Positions 37,904-50,293 of a stretch of DNA of 53,573 nt are shown here, in pieces. Each line of letters begins with the position of its first letter. Position 1 is the stretch's first letter. The position numbers and the translations under genes are program-made. Location: positions 1 to 53,573 of the forward strand of contig ML002266.1 in the NCBI GenBank assembly GCA_003614675.1. Direction: 5' to 3'. The DNA is from Dimargaris cristalligena. Taxonomy: Eukaryota. Below the pieces are notes generated by a model that was not told the origin of the DNA, did not search any database, and worked only from the letters and a program-made list of their open reading frames with translations.

Positions 37904-40057
37904 ATGGGCAGCCCGTCCCGTTCACAGTCGCCTATCTCTGGCTCCGCCACCCATGGCTATAAATTCCTCGAATCAAGTGACTTTGGTATCCTTCGTGTAG
38001 ATCCATCCCAGTACCAACTGGTTCCCCGCCAACAACCGAAGCAGGCCAAAGTCTTCAGTCCAAAGGACAAAGACCGCCGCACCATTGAGCCACCACCAAT
38101 TATCCAGCTCAAGGCCATAACCCCAGCAGTTGCTGACAACTACTCCGACTCCGCCCTTATGGGGGGTAACTACCTACAGAACCCTTACCTTATCATGTAC
38201 GCGGCCGTTATCCCCGCCCACAATGATGGCCCCATCGGGTCGAAGCCGACCGCCACCTCTGCGAGTGGTTCTGCTTCCTCGCCGCTGGCCTTAGGCACCC
38301 TAGTATCGTCGCTTCATCGGCTAAAGGATCTTGATAACTCAGACGCTGGTTTTTTCGTTTTCCCCGATATCGCTGTTCGGCAAACCGGCGAGTTCCGCAT
38401 TCGGTACAGTCTCTACGAATTATTCGATAACCGGGTCCACTTTTTGACTTCCTATATTTCTGATGTATTTGTTGTGTACGCCAACAAGCACTATCCCGGC
38501 CACTGCGAGTCCACTTTTCTATCCCGGTCGTTTTCGGACCAGGGCGTGCGCATCCGTATCCGCAAGGAACACCGGGTCAAGTTCTCGCGCCGGAGTAACC
38601 TGGCTACTTCCGGTAGCTTGAGTTATAACCAATCGACCCGGGGCGACAGTCCGAAGATGGACCGGAATATTACGACCACATCGACTGCTCCCGCTAGCAG
38701 CCCGGTTACCCCCACCAAGCGGGTCCGCCAGGATGATGAGCAGTCCCCGCATGCCCAGCCCCGGCCGCGCCTGACCTACCAGCATATCACCCATGCCACA
38801 AATACGTACTCGCCCCCCACCCAGACACGCCAGCCCCAGCTAACCCCCCAGCAGCAACCGCAACGGGCCCACTTCAGTCCCTCGGCGCTTTCTATTCCTC
38901 CTCTGGCCCACCATGCCTCCTATCCCAACTCCCCGAAGAACAGTTATTCCCGGCGTCCCCCCACCCACCTCCACCCCCAGCAGCGCCATCCTTCGCCCCT
39001 TCCCCAGCACCAGTCCCACCAAGCCTATTCGGTTCCGCGGTACTCTACTAGCCAATCAGCCCAACCCACCACCCAATTGCCCCCCATCCAAAGTTTGCCG
39101 GTTACCCGCCCTGCCACCACCGGCGCCGTTCCCCAATACCAAGCCAACGGCCCGGAGCTACGGCAGCGCCACAGCTCAGCTGGCCTCGTTACCGCCATTC
39201 CTTCCCAGCCGCGCAAAATGGCTCCAGCCCCGATTAAAGGCAATGCTTACCCTGCCGTAGGGCTGCCACACCAGTCGTCCGTGCCCGTTCAGCAGGATCC
39301 TAGTGTAAACCACCGGCGCTCTTATGAGGCACCGAGCATGTCAACCAGCAGCTACCAGCCCCCGGCTTATGCGACGGACTCCGCCCCTCCTACCGCTTCG
39401 CCCCGGTTGGCCCCGGCCTATTACCTCCACCCCCGCCAGTCGGCCCAGCCCATCGCCCCCGCTCCCGCACCTTATGCTTACCCTCCTCAACAGCATCAAG
39501 CCGCGTCGTACCAGCATCCGCAATACACGGTTCAACAGCAACCTATGCCGCCCCCGCCTGTGCAACCCGCGGCCACTAATGGCGCGAGGTCCTACTCGGC
39601 CAGCTATACATCGCCCCAGGCTCCTTCTGCCCATCTCCCGCCGGTATATGGTTCCACAGCTCCCGATAGTTACCATCACCGCTCGCACTCGTATACGACT
39701 GCTCCATGGCCTGAGCATGGTCGGCCCGAGGCCCCTCCTCATGCTCACGCCCATGCCCATGGTCATGCTCAGCCCCCTCCTCCATCGCCTCACGCCCACG
39801 CTCCCCGCCATGCTTTACCACGGGGGGCAGCTCCTGTACCACCTTACCCGCAACAGTATGGACCTCCCGGCCCAGCTCCTCCTATTGCGTCGGGTGCGGC
39901 TGCTGGCCAACCCTATCCTCAGCACCCGTCTACACCAGCTGCTGCTGTGCCTTATCCCTCATCGACACCTCCCCACCAACACCCCCGCCCCCACCATCCC
40001 CACCCGCAGCAGCCCCATGCACCCCACCCTTATCATGTATCCTATGGTACTCGTTAA
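37904..40057 (+). CDS. Velvet-domain transcription factor, VosA-like, 717 aa
   Basis: True ATG at 37904 (the upstream GTG extension runs through a microsatellite). Velvet motifs YQLVPRQQP, DRRTIEPPPIIQL, YLQNPY, GTLVSSLHRLKDLDNSDAGFFVFPDIAVR..GEFR and ESTFLSRSFSDQGVRIRIRKE, then a P/Q/H/Y-rich low-complexity tail. Confidence 0.93.
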   Translation: MGSPSRSQSPISGSATHGYKFLESSDFGILRVDPSQYQLVPRQQPKQAKVFSPKDKDRRTIEPPPIIQLKAITPAVADNYSDSALMGGNYLQNPYLIMYAAVIPAHNDGPIGSKPTATSASGSASSPLALGTLVSSLHRLKDLDNSDAGFFVFPDIAVRQTGEFRIRYSLYELFDNRVHFLTSYISDVFVVYANKHYPGHCESTFLSRSFSDQGVRIRIRKEHRVKFSRRSNLATSGSLSYNQSTRGDSPKMDRNITTTSTAPASSPVTPTKRVRQDDEQSPHAQPRPRLTYQHITHATNTYSPPTQTRQPQLTPQQQPQRAHFSPSALSIPPLAHHASYPNSPKNSYSRRPPTHLHPQQRHPSPLPQHQSHQAYSVPRYSTSQSAQPTTQLPPIQSLPVTRPATTGAVPQYQANGPELRQRHSSAGLVTAIPSQPRKMAPAPIKGNAYPAVGLPHQSSVPVQQDPSVNHRRSYEAPSMSTSSYQPPAYATDSAPPTASPRLAPAYYLHPRQSAQPIAPAPAPYAYPPQQHQAASYQHPQYTVQQQPMPPPPVQPAATNGARSYSASYTSPQAPSAHLPPVYGSTAPDSYHHRSHSYTTAPWPEHGRPEAPPHAHAHAHGHAQPPPPSPHAHAPRHALPRGAAPVPPYPQQYGPPGPAPPIASGAAAGQPYPQHPSTPAAAVPYPSSTPPHQHPRPHHPHPQQPHAPHPYHVSYGTR

Positions 40058-43000
40058 ATCGGGCACTGAGCTCTCACCTCCCCTTACTTTACACGCCCCT
40101 CCTTCACCCGCTCCATGTATATTACTATTGCTATTTCAACTGTTTTTTCATCTATTAATGAATAAAATACCTTAGATCTTATTTTTCTTGGCTTCGAGAT
40201 TCGTAAAGTAACACCCGGGTCGTTAGTAAACTCGGTTTATTAGTAGACTGGCGACATGTATAAAATTAAGCGGATATGCTATATCTACGATAATTAGATG
40301 TATGTACCCCACCCCTTCTGTTTCATTTATTTACAACCTAACCCGCTAGAATAGGGGAAAGATACGTAGAGGGACATTCCTTAATTTAGAATTCGAGAGA
40401 AGGTCCACTACTCCTCCCGAATATTAGGGATGGAAAGTGGCCGAAAAACGGATAAGGGACTTGTTTCCAATTGGGAAAGCCAATGCCCCCGCGCCCCCGC
40501 ATGAGCCTTTCATTCGCGAGCTGGACTGCGCTTAAGATCTTGTAAACTGCCGTTCTATATATATATATATATGTGGCATAAACTTGACATTAGCCTGCTG
40601 GGGAGGGGGGGGCTACTGGGATTTGCAACGGTGACTGGCCAGACCTAGCCATGCCAGATAGTAAGGATACCCGATGGTAATCCCGCCGCCTGCATGTGTT
40701 CACATGAGCTGTTTTTATTTTAAGATTAAAAATAATTTAAAATAATTTAAAATAATAGTAGAAACGCCAGACATGTAAATGTAAGTAAATATACACCTCC
40801 ATAGGGGGCGAAGTTTCAAGCGCGACTGTATAGGACTGGGAGGGAAACGTCCAAGGGCCAAATGAGCGATGTAATTATTATTTGTAGTCCGGGCCCTATC
40901 ATCCCCCTATATGTTGTTCATGAAACGGCGGATTCGTTACCGAGCTGGATCGGAGACCCCATCCATTCTGAGAATGGGATGGGTGTAAATAGGTAGGTAA
41001 GTAGGTAGGTGTATAGGTTAAGTAGGCGTTTTTGTAATGGGGTTGCTAGAGGTTTGGAATTGCTGTAGGCCTCCTTCCCCCTTTTGCATACCTACTACCC
41101 CTTGGGTCTTCTTTTCCTCGGCGTGGTTATAGTAATATGGGGGGATTGGAAAAGCACCTTGACCCGTATATATATATATATATACCCTCCTTTCAATTGC
41201 GGCCCTCCCATCCTCTTTGACCCCCCTTCCCCCGTAGATGGCGTCAAAGAGCTGGATTATCCAGAAGAATGGAGTAAAGCTCTCTCCTCCTCCCCAAAAA
41301 TAATGTGGCCAGGGTGAATAAGGTTGGGAGGACCAAAGAGGGAGCGGATACGCATCGGCTAGGTGGTGGTGATCCAATGTCGGCGGGGCTTGGGTTTCAC
41401 CGAACATGTCGTCGTCAGGATATTGGCTACACAGGCTAACCCATTGGAGCGGAAACAAGGGACGACCGACGGGTCCCCCTCCCTCCCCAAAATACTAAGC
41501 ATTATAACTATTACTATAATGATAATAATAACCCTAATAATCTATATTATCTATTGGTGGGCAAGAAGGGGGAAAGGGATCGCAAAGCGTAAGCAGAGAG
41601 GAAGAGAGGTAGGAAGGGAGAGGGGGTCGAACATAAAAGCAGCCGATATAAAGGAGACCAACAATGATTCAAAGAGAGATCATCGTATCGTTCGATCATT
41701 GCTGCGATGTTTGTTTCTAGGGATGAGATGGATACACCATTTTACACCAACCGTTTCGCTTCCTTTCCTTCTTCCTTTCCCCTTTTCCTTCCCTCGCACT
41801 TGCACTCTCCCTTCCTCCGTCTCCCCCCTCCTCGAGCTTGCCCTTTGTCCCGCTCCCTTTGTAACCCATGTAATCCGGTAATTCGGATTACCGCTACTAT
41901 CCATACTGAATCCTTTGTGGAGGAATGGTCGATGAGTAGGCAACCCTGTTGAATCAGTATAAGAGAAGAACCCCCCAATGTCTTTGTATCACTAGATATG
42001 GGGGCATGCAGCTCCCTCCCTATATTTCCACTAATATCCAACCAGAGCCCCTCCTCTACACCCCCCCTCCCCAAACTCCCGTGATTATTCACGAACATCG
42101 CACCTAACCCCCTTTCTGCCCCCCTCACCGTACATTGACTTACCCGAATCCTATTTGTGCTACTTACGGCTATACGTACCGCCGGTAAAAGAGTATCCAA
42201 TAAATGGGAATCCGTTGCCATCAACTTTGTAATACGGGAGAGGTTCCGTAGGGAAGGGTAAGAGGAGGAGGGGGAGGGGGGAGTAATGGAGGATAGGGGA
42301 TAAAATAAGGGGAGGGGGGCCGGCCGGGTGGGTGGACCACAAATGGTGCGGTGACCCAAAATAGCGACATAGCGACATGGTGGTTCCACTGGTATGACCT
42401 GACCAGACACCGCCGAAGGTTGGGTGTTGCCCTTCTCCATTACACTCTGGCCTTCCCTTCACTCCGCTCCCCTCTTCTCTCCTCAGCTACACTGGCCCCT
42501 TGGTATCCCCCCACTTAGCCTCCTTTAAACCTACTGTACCTAGATTGCCTCCGCATTAGACTAAACCTTGTCCCTCGAAGCCCCGGCATCCACACTCCTA
42601 TTATTCACATCCACTCTTCGCACCCCAAAAGTTCGGTGGATTTTTTTATTCGCATCGGATATACATCATCTGGATTCGAGGTCATCCTTTTTCACACAAT
42701 TATAATTGCTTCAACCAGCCACAACCTAAATACACACAGATTCGTATATATGTGTGAGAGAGAGTACGAATGAGAGTAATAATAAATTATTCTAGCGGTA
42801 CAGCAGAAATTCCGTTTAGGGATATGCGTTTTTACTGGGCCAAACTCCCCTTGTCCCCATATCACTTTGTACATTTTCCGCGTAATCTTATATAGTTTAG
42901 CAAAATTCTTTCATATGTTTTCCCCTCAGGGACTTACCCTCCGCCATTAATTTGAGATGGATTCTGGAACACCAGGCAACCGCAAATGGAGGGCTGGGGC

Positions 43001-46000
43001 GTTGGCGGACTAGGAAACGTAATCCGAGGCGCGTGTGGATATATACTAGCAGCCTTATAACTAACCCAACCCTACGTGGTGCGACGACCGGGCTCTCTCT
43101 GTGCCGCCCATTTGTCCGTGGTGGCCCCCCATTCATGGCATTCTACAGGGCCGGTACACTTTCCCAACCTCTGTGTTCCCAAGTCTTTCTTTATCCGCCT
43201 TCTTCAGTCGTATTATTAGTGTTTTTTTTACAGAGCTAGTGGTGTAGTTTCGGTTGAAAGTATTATAAAGGGATAGGTGAGGGAATTGCTTATACTATTT
43301 ATTTTTTTGAATAAATCGAGGGCGGTATGTGATGGGGGCGATATCAGCCCGGGTCGCCATGGTTATAGGAGGGTGCGCGCTGATAACGTATGGACAAGAG
43401 GGATATGTATGTATTCCCCCTCTTCCTCGCTCATCATACTTTCCCGGCTCGCACCCACCCACGCACTCTCTCTCTCTCTCTTCTCTCTTTGAGTAGGCCC
43501 AGACTAACATAAAGCCCCATCTGTTTCACAAACTCACCACATACTGAGTGTACCACTTAGAGGCACCTGCTAGGAGGGCGAATTAGAACGTGCCCCTATA
43601 AGGCTCCCCCGCAGGTGTAAAGGGAGGCAGTTTATATTAGTGAACAACCCAGATAGATGACGGGAAATGGGGTGTTCAACCAGCTGCTTGTCTAACGAAC
43701 AGCGTGTAACCCCCTTTTTCTCCCCTCCTCTGTTTTCAACTCGACCCAGGTTTATATGGATTGTCCCTACACCAGCAATAAAAGTCAGGCGGATTTACAG
43801 GGATAGCAGAGTACAGGAATCCCATGGTCTAATACGATGGTCTAGGTGATAGGTGAGATGGACCGACAGGGCTATTACATAAAGGTGTTAAAGAGTCTGG
43901 AAAGAAAAGGGGTGAGTAATAGTAGAGCAGCAACCCCCTCTCTCTCATGAAGAGTGGCCATTCAGAGCGTAGCGCCGATTATATAATCGAAGACGGGGAA
44001 ATATACGGGGATTAGGCCATTTATCTCGGTATTATAAATGGCGCGGTATTTCATTTTTACATAATATAATATATATATGTATTATGTATAAATTGGGGTG
44101 GCGATTAATTGATTGGAAGGGCGTGATTCCGCGCAAACCTATCGTTAGATCGCAATCTACTCCAAGCAGTCCGATCAAGGATAATGGGATCAGGTATTAA
44201 TTAAAGAGCAGTCTGAACAAAGAAATCCCTTAAATGGGCAGTGGGATGTGCGTAATATACGTCAATCGGGGAATAGGAATAGAGGTCGGTAATGGGTAGG
44301 TGAACGGACGGGAAATGATATTAATATTGTCGCATCCAGCCGGTTTGGGCGACCAAAGCACTCCGGACTAACCTTTAAAATCCTAGAGCGCGCATACTTA
44401 GACGACAGTCCCCCCCCCCCTGTTAGAGGCCAGTAACTACAGCCACAAGCGGGTTGTCCAGTGGCAAGACAGTGGGGTCGTCAAACGTGGATCTGCACCA
44501 ATTGTATTCAAACTTCTCTACAGCTAATCCCGCATACTATTATGGTCAGTGAAAGTGCTTCAATTTTTTAATACTAGTCATCGGCACCTACCGTGACCGC
44601 CATTTGCCAGGCCGAGTTTGTTGAAGTCACAGCGAACGGCCCCGAATTTGGTACGGAGGTCGCCACCCGCAGCCGTGAAGAACGGGTGATAGGAATGTTC
44701 AGTCGCAATGCCCCCATGTATGCTATTTGGAATTTCCTTTAGACGCCGAAACTAGAGAAATTAGATTTATAATTAAGATATCAAGTCATACAACTGGGTA
44801 TTTGAGGGCCGGTGCTGCCTTCTTACTTGACCTTTCAGTTTGTAGACCAAGGGCTGTTTTATACATCTATACTGCGAAGTCTTCATATTTCCGCCAGATT
44901 ACAGCGGTGGTTTCCATTTCTACCCATACTTTCTCCACATTGACGTCCGGCGCCAGACTCAACCTCTACGGACTTTATGGGACCTGTGGAAGCGCTGCCC
45001 CTTGCTGCCACTATGGTCAGTGTATCCCTCTGACTTCCCAGGCACTGTAGCCCCGTTTTACCGCCATACGAAGGGCGCACCAAACGGGCGGGGGAATTTA
45101 GCCGGCTGACAATCCCATCTTTCTTGAATAATCCCCGGGTAGACTTGCCAGCTGGGGATTTCATACTGATTATTTTAGCCCATTCGCCATAGAGTTATCC
45201 GCTGACTCTCACCCACCGCCAATGCACCTTTAAGCCAACATACTGTTTATCCGTAGTTATAGTACAATTACGATACCGGGTGGTCTGGCCCCCAGAAGAA
45301 CGGAGTCCCTTAAATGAGTGGGAGGGTAAGGCTGGGGCATGGGTCTTTCTGTAACCGGTAGCTTTCCAGACCACGCACACTCACCCTCACCAGTCGTGGG
45401 CGGGGCCCATAGATAGCACAGCCGTTCAATCACTCTGATTCCCGGTTTACCTTTAGGTATGCGAGTGTACAGGAGTGGACCCCCCCCCCCCCCATAGCGA
45501 TACCTGCGGAATAAGGGCGCTGCCATACCAGCCAGGGTAAAAGTGCAAAGCGTAAAAAAGAGCTTAGGAGGGGGGGTGACTATGGAGGTAACGAGCCAAA
45601 AGGGAAAAACCAACGGTGTCAAAATAATAATAAAAAAGGGGGGCTGTAGCGACCCACCTGCCACAGTGTGGGAGCGAGTGTGAGTGGTCGGGAAAACAGT
45701 CCCTGAGCTCTGCATGTGTGGTATTATTATTATTTAGAGAGCAGTTTTGACCCAGTGGCTGTGCATACCCAAAAGGCCCAGGGCACTATTAAGGTGCACC
45801 AAAACAAACCAAGGTTTAATGTAGAGTATTAGGGGGGTGATTGATCGGCTGTGTTGGATGATGCTTGTTGTAGTACACTTCCTTAAACAAGGACATACTT
45901 TAGGCCTAGTGTGACAAGGTTAAGGGAGTTGATGGAAAGGTGTTATTAGTTCGGTTTGGCCTGGTGTGTGAGTAATACGGCCTCGAACCTTTGGATTTTA

Positions 46001-46745
46001 TACCCCTCCTCCCCTCACACCTAAGGACCGTAACCCCAAGCCAATCACCGAGAAGGTCCATTGTTCTCTAATGCCAAGCCAAATCAGTGGTTGAGCGGGC
46101 CGAAGGGGAAACTGGACTAGTGCCCTTTTTAAAGGCCGCGGCGGGCAAGTAAGTGCGCCGGTTATTAGGAGAGGGGAGGGGCTTGCTTGGTCTATTACAG
46201 GCAACACGGTCCGTCTTGCCTTCCCCTACGCGTGTGTTTCAGAGAGCAGCACCGAAACGAACAGAAGGCGAGGGGAGAGGAGATCAAGTGGTCCCGTCTC
46301 ACTTCGACTCCGGCCCACTCTCCATCGGATCGACGGGGACGAGAGGGCCCCTTGGTTCGTGCCGCGGGTTTCAGTGTCGCGCGGCACGGCGAATAGAACA
46401 ATAGGGAAGGAAAGAGAGAGAGAGAGCCTATTTAGCTGGCTCCACTCTCTGAGCTTGCTCTGGTTTCACCCTTCCTTCCCGTTCTTCACTGCCTTTCGCT
46501 CGTCTTTCCTAAGTGTGTCTCTCTTTCGCCTGAGTGTCGTCCGTTTAGTGTGCTGTTTTTTTCTTCTATTTACGTGCCTTTCAGATCTTGGTCACCTCAT
46601 TGAACTGTTCTTTCTTCGTTCTATTTCACCAACCTCGTACTACTCCAGTTTATTTTTATTCTATTGAATTACCCATTGGTAAAACCATCTTTACCGACTT
46701 CTCCCCCCACCTTACTTTCTCAACTCCCTTCAGCGAATCACCACC

Positions 46746-48682
46746 ATGGGCAAGAAGACTAACAAGCGGTCTAACAAAGGCGGCAACACCCCCAATAGCA
46801 ACTCCGGCCGGAAGGGCAGTGGCGGTGGAACTCCCAAGAAGGCAGCTACTCCGCCTCTTTCGGGACCCCAAACGACGAATGCTGTCCCGCAACCGCAGCT
46901 GCCGCCCGTTGTCGATTCTGAGGTGCCCGCCGCCCTGTCCGCTAGTGATGCCGAGCTCCGGCCTGCTAAGATTATTCAGGATACCGTGACGTCTGCTACC
47001 ATTACCGATCTGAATGAACCCATTCAGCCCGTGCCAGGTAAGCGTTGTGCCCCCCTAATCCACTACTGGTCCGCCTTATTATGTCCTATTCATGGAAATC
47101 CATAAACATATTCGTTTGTGTAACTACCCTGTGACGCGGTTTACGTATGTAGCAGGGACATGGCTAACCTATTGTTGTCTGTCTTGTTATTCTATTTACA
47201 TTATTTACCCATGGTCGGGGATGTATTCGTCCCCTGCATTCAGGCGTGCCTGTCGCATCCGAGCCCCTCGTCCCCGCCACCCGGGATGCTCCTATTGAGA
47301 AGGAAATCCCGCTCCCTGACCACGGTAAGCATCTGTCCCTTCCGCATATCGCCTGATTTTTGTTTTGACTTTGGATTGCTTCAGGTTACCTTACCCTGGG
47401 TCGGAAGCAGCGTACCTGCAAAGGTGGCAGTGGGGGGTGAAGGGAGGTGTCAAAACACCTTTTAGCCAGTCTTCTCGCGTCTATGGTCTACGGCCATCTG
47501 CACTGGCTGTGGCTATGACGTGTGTGGTGGGGGAAACCGAGGAAGGTACTCTCTTCCCTTTTCGCTCCGCTTTTTCTCCCATGGGAGAGAGGGTTTCACA
47601 TGCGACCCCGCACCAATCGGTAGATCTGTTGCTACCCAATTTGGTTATAGCTGTAGTTGGTATTAATAATAATCTATCTTCGAGTTTGCAGCTATTGGTG
47701 GGGTTGGCTGGCTGCTTAAACAACTGTCCCCATTTACTAATATGCAATTTATTATATTAGCGAGCTGAACCAACTCATTGTTTGTTCCATGGCTCATCCT
47801 TTATTCCATCCATTGGTTTGTTTTGCTTCCCCATGCCTAATTATACCCTTTCTAGTCAAAAACCCGTTCCCCAAGAACAGCGTGGCCAGCTTCATGCCCG
47901 CGGTGGTGTCTGTGGCCGATGAGCCTGTTGTGGTTCCCCCGACCAAAACCGCCCCGGTCCCTGAAGCGGTGGGCACTCGTACCACCGCTGCTGATGCCGA
48001 TACCACCACTACCGCTGCTGCCCCTTCGTCAATGAAGGCCGATACCGACGCCTCCGTGAGTTCTCTGAAATCAGTGGGCATTGCTCCGCGCAGCGATGGT
48101 ATTCCAGCCCAACCCGCCGTGGCTGTAGCCCCCGTTCCCGTAGCACTTGATAGCACCCCCATTGAACCCACCCGGGACGCCATTCCCGCGAATGACACCG
48201 TTCTGTCCCCCCATAATGTGAGCGACGTTACCCCCCGGGCCACTCAGCAGCTGATGAAGGAAAAGGCCACGGCTGGTTTGGCTGCCACCGATGCGCCTGG
48301 TCCGGCGCGCAGGGCCGGGTCCAACCTGGGCTTAAACAGTGCTAATAACGCCGCTACTACCCACACCAATGCTGCCACGGCCGCTATGAACGGCCAGTCT
48401 ATTCTGACCGGGGTGAAACCCTCGGAAGCGGTTATTCCCGAAGCCCGTAAACCATCGGTTACGACAAACGGAACTGCGCCCGATGCCACTGCAATCCCCC
48501 CCGCCGCCCCGGCCCAAAACGCGACAACAAACGGCAGCACCGCCCCGGCTAATGCCTCTCAGACATCCTTGCCGCCCCAAACTGCCGAGGCGGTTCAGGA
48601 GCAGGCATCGACACCTGCCAAGACCCAGAAGACTGGGTTCATGAAGCGTGTCATGCGCCGCGTGTCCCGCATTTTCAACTAA
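46746..48682 (+). CDS. Hypothetical intrinsically disordered Ala/Pro/Thr-rich protein with basic termini, 399 aa, 3 exons
   Basis: CCACCATGG start. Exons 46746-47037, 47244-47324 and 47856-48682 with GTAAGC donors and CAG/TAG acceptors, all phase 1, giving a 1200-nt open frame with GC3-rich codons. No family recognised. Confidence 0.8.
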
Positions 48683-50293
48683 AAACCCTATTAGCCTAAC
48701 CTACCAATAATGACTTCTTCCTCCACAACATACTATTTTACCCCTACTACTTGTTCAATTCTTTATTCACCTTTTGCTACTTGCCCGGCCCCACCCCCTG
48801 CTCTCCCCTGGCTACTTTAGTTTTGTTTTAAGCCAATCAACGAACCCTCCCCCCCCGTTGCGTTGCTAATGACCACTTTCTTACATATACTTACCTATGT
48901 ATATATTATTGGCAGATGCGCATAACCTTTCTTACCGGGTCTTCCCCCTTTTTTTTGTCTGAAATTCCCGTGTCCATTTTTTTAAACATGTCCGTCTTTT
49001 TTTTTCGATCAGAAATGCACCTTTTACACCTACGTACTTGACTCTGACCGTATCCCTAATACTAGAGAATTTAATCGACGGCGGCTTATTTGGAGATCAA
49101 TTTTAATTAGTTATGTCTGATTTGCGCAAGTATATTTATATATTATAAATTTATGTATCCACGAGTCAGCCACCTTTCCTATAGGCATAAATAAAATCAG
49201 TGTCCCAATTTCCTTTTAAAAGTGCGGTTTTCCAACTTGACGCGACCGGGACATATATATATATATATTTGAAGACAATCCAGCAGCTCATCGGAATTAC
49301 CGTTGGTGGCCATTAACGATTAGATAAACCATACTGGGTTGATTTTCTGAAATGTAAGACCATGTAACGCTATGTCACATGTGCGTCTCATTCCGGTAAT
49401 TAATGACCATAGGTGTAATATTGGATTCGCAAGAATCCTAGAACGTCTAATGGATCCCTAAAAAAAGGGAGTAATCTATTTGAAGTATATTATTCTATTC
49501 GTCTATTCACTGGTACTCGCCCTCTCCTAATTGGCAGAGGAGTTTAAAATCAAAATCAAAATATAGCATTTGGCACACTACTGAATGCTAATGTCTGTAG
49601 TTAAGTACCCTTATTACCCAGTAGGGGTATCCCGTCATTGGGAGTAATGGCGTCTCATTTACACAACCAAACATTCAATTCTGGGTGCGACATCCTTAAA
49701 TGAAGTTATAGGAATGTCCGAAAGAGGAAGCTATTAAATCCAATCTATATAGATATATTACTGAACAATCCATTCGAATGAATGTTTATTAAATAGGGAT
49801 AACTATGGATATGAATAATGCTAATGCAAGCGGTATGATAATAGAATGGCCTAAACACTTAGACAGAATGATAACAAGACACCAGTAGATGAATGGGAGG
49901 TAAAGGTCAAGTGTTGATATATATGGTGAGGGGCCCCAGGTGTTTCTTGGGAAAGAAAAGAGTATGTGATCCCTTTTCCACTCACACAGCCTATCCAGGG
50001 ACCAATTCACACGTTAAATTAAAACCAGACTCTCAATAGGGCAAGCGTATGGTCATGGGAGAGGGTCATTGCAAAGTGAGTAGGGAAGTGATGGGTGAAT
50101 AAAGGAACCCCCCATTAGTTGAGTGGTAGGGTTACTGTATCAGTTAGCCCTTCCCCTGAAACAGCACGCCGTCAACACCCCTTTTCCCTTCGAATGGCCA
50201 TGAATAATAACTAAAAATAGCAATAGTGATAGTAGTAGTAGAAATAATAAAAATGATAATAATAAAGAAACCGCCCTACTTCATATTAATAGA

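Noticed and set aside
39324-40175. 283-aa Arg/Leu/Pro-rich ORF overlapping the velvet tail
   Set aside because: Off-frame reading of low-complexity CCN/CAN codons with no independent evidence.
40958-40983. Short imperfect palindrome CCCATCCATTCT-G-AGAATGGGATGGG
   Set aside because: A single short hairpin with no second copy, terminal repeats or target-site duplication, so compatible with chance.
41742-42440. 232-aa minus-strand ORF
   Set aside because: Built from G/C homopolymer and purine tracts, with no domain or coding-like codon bias.
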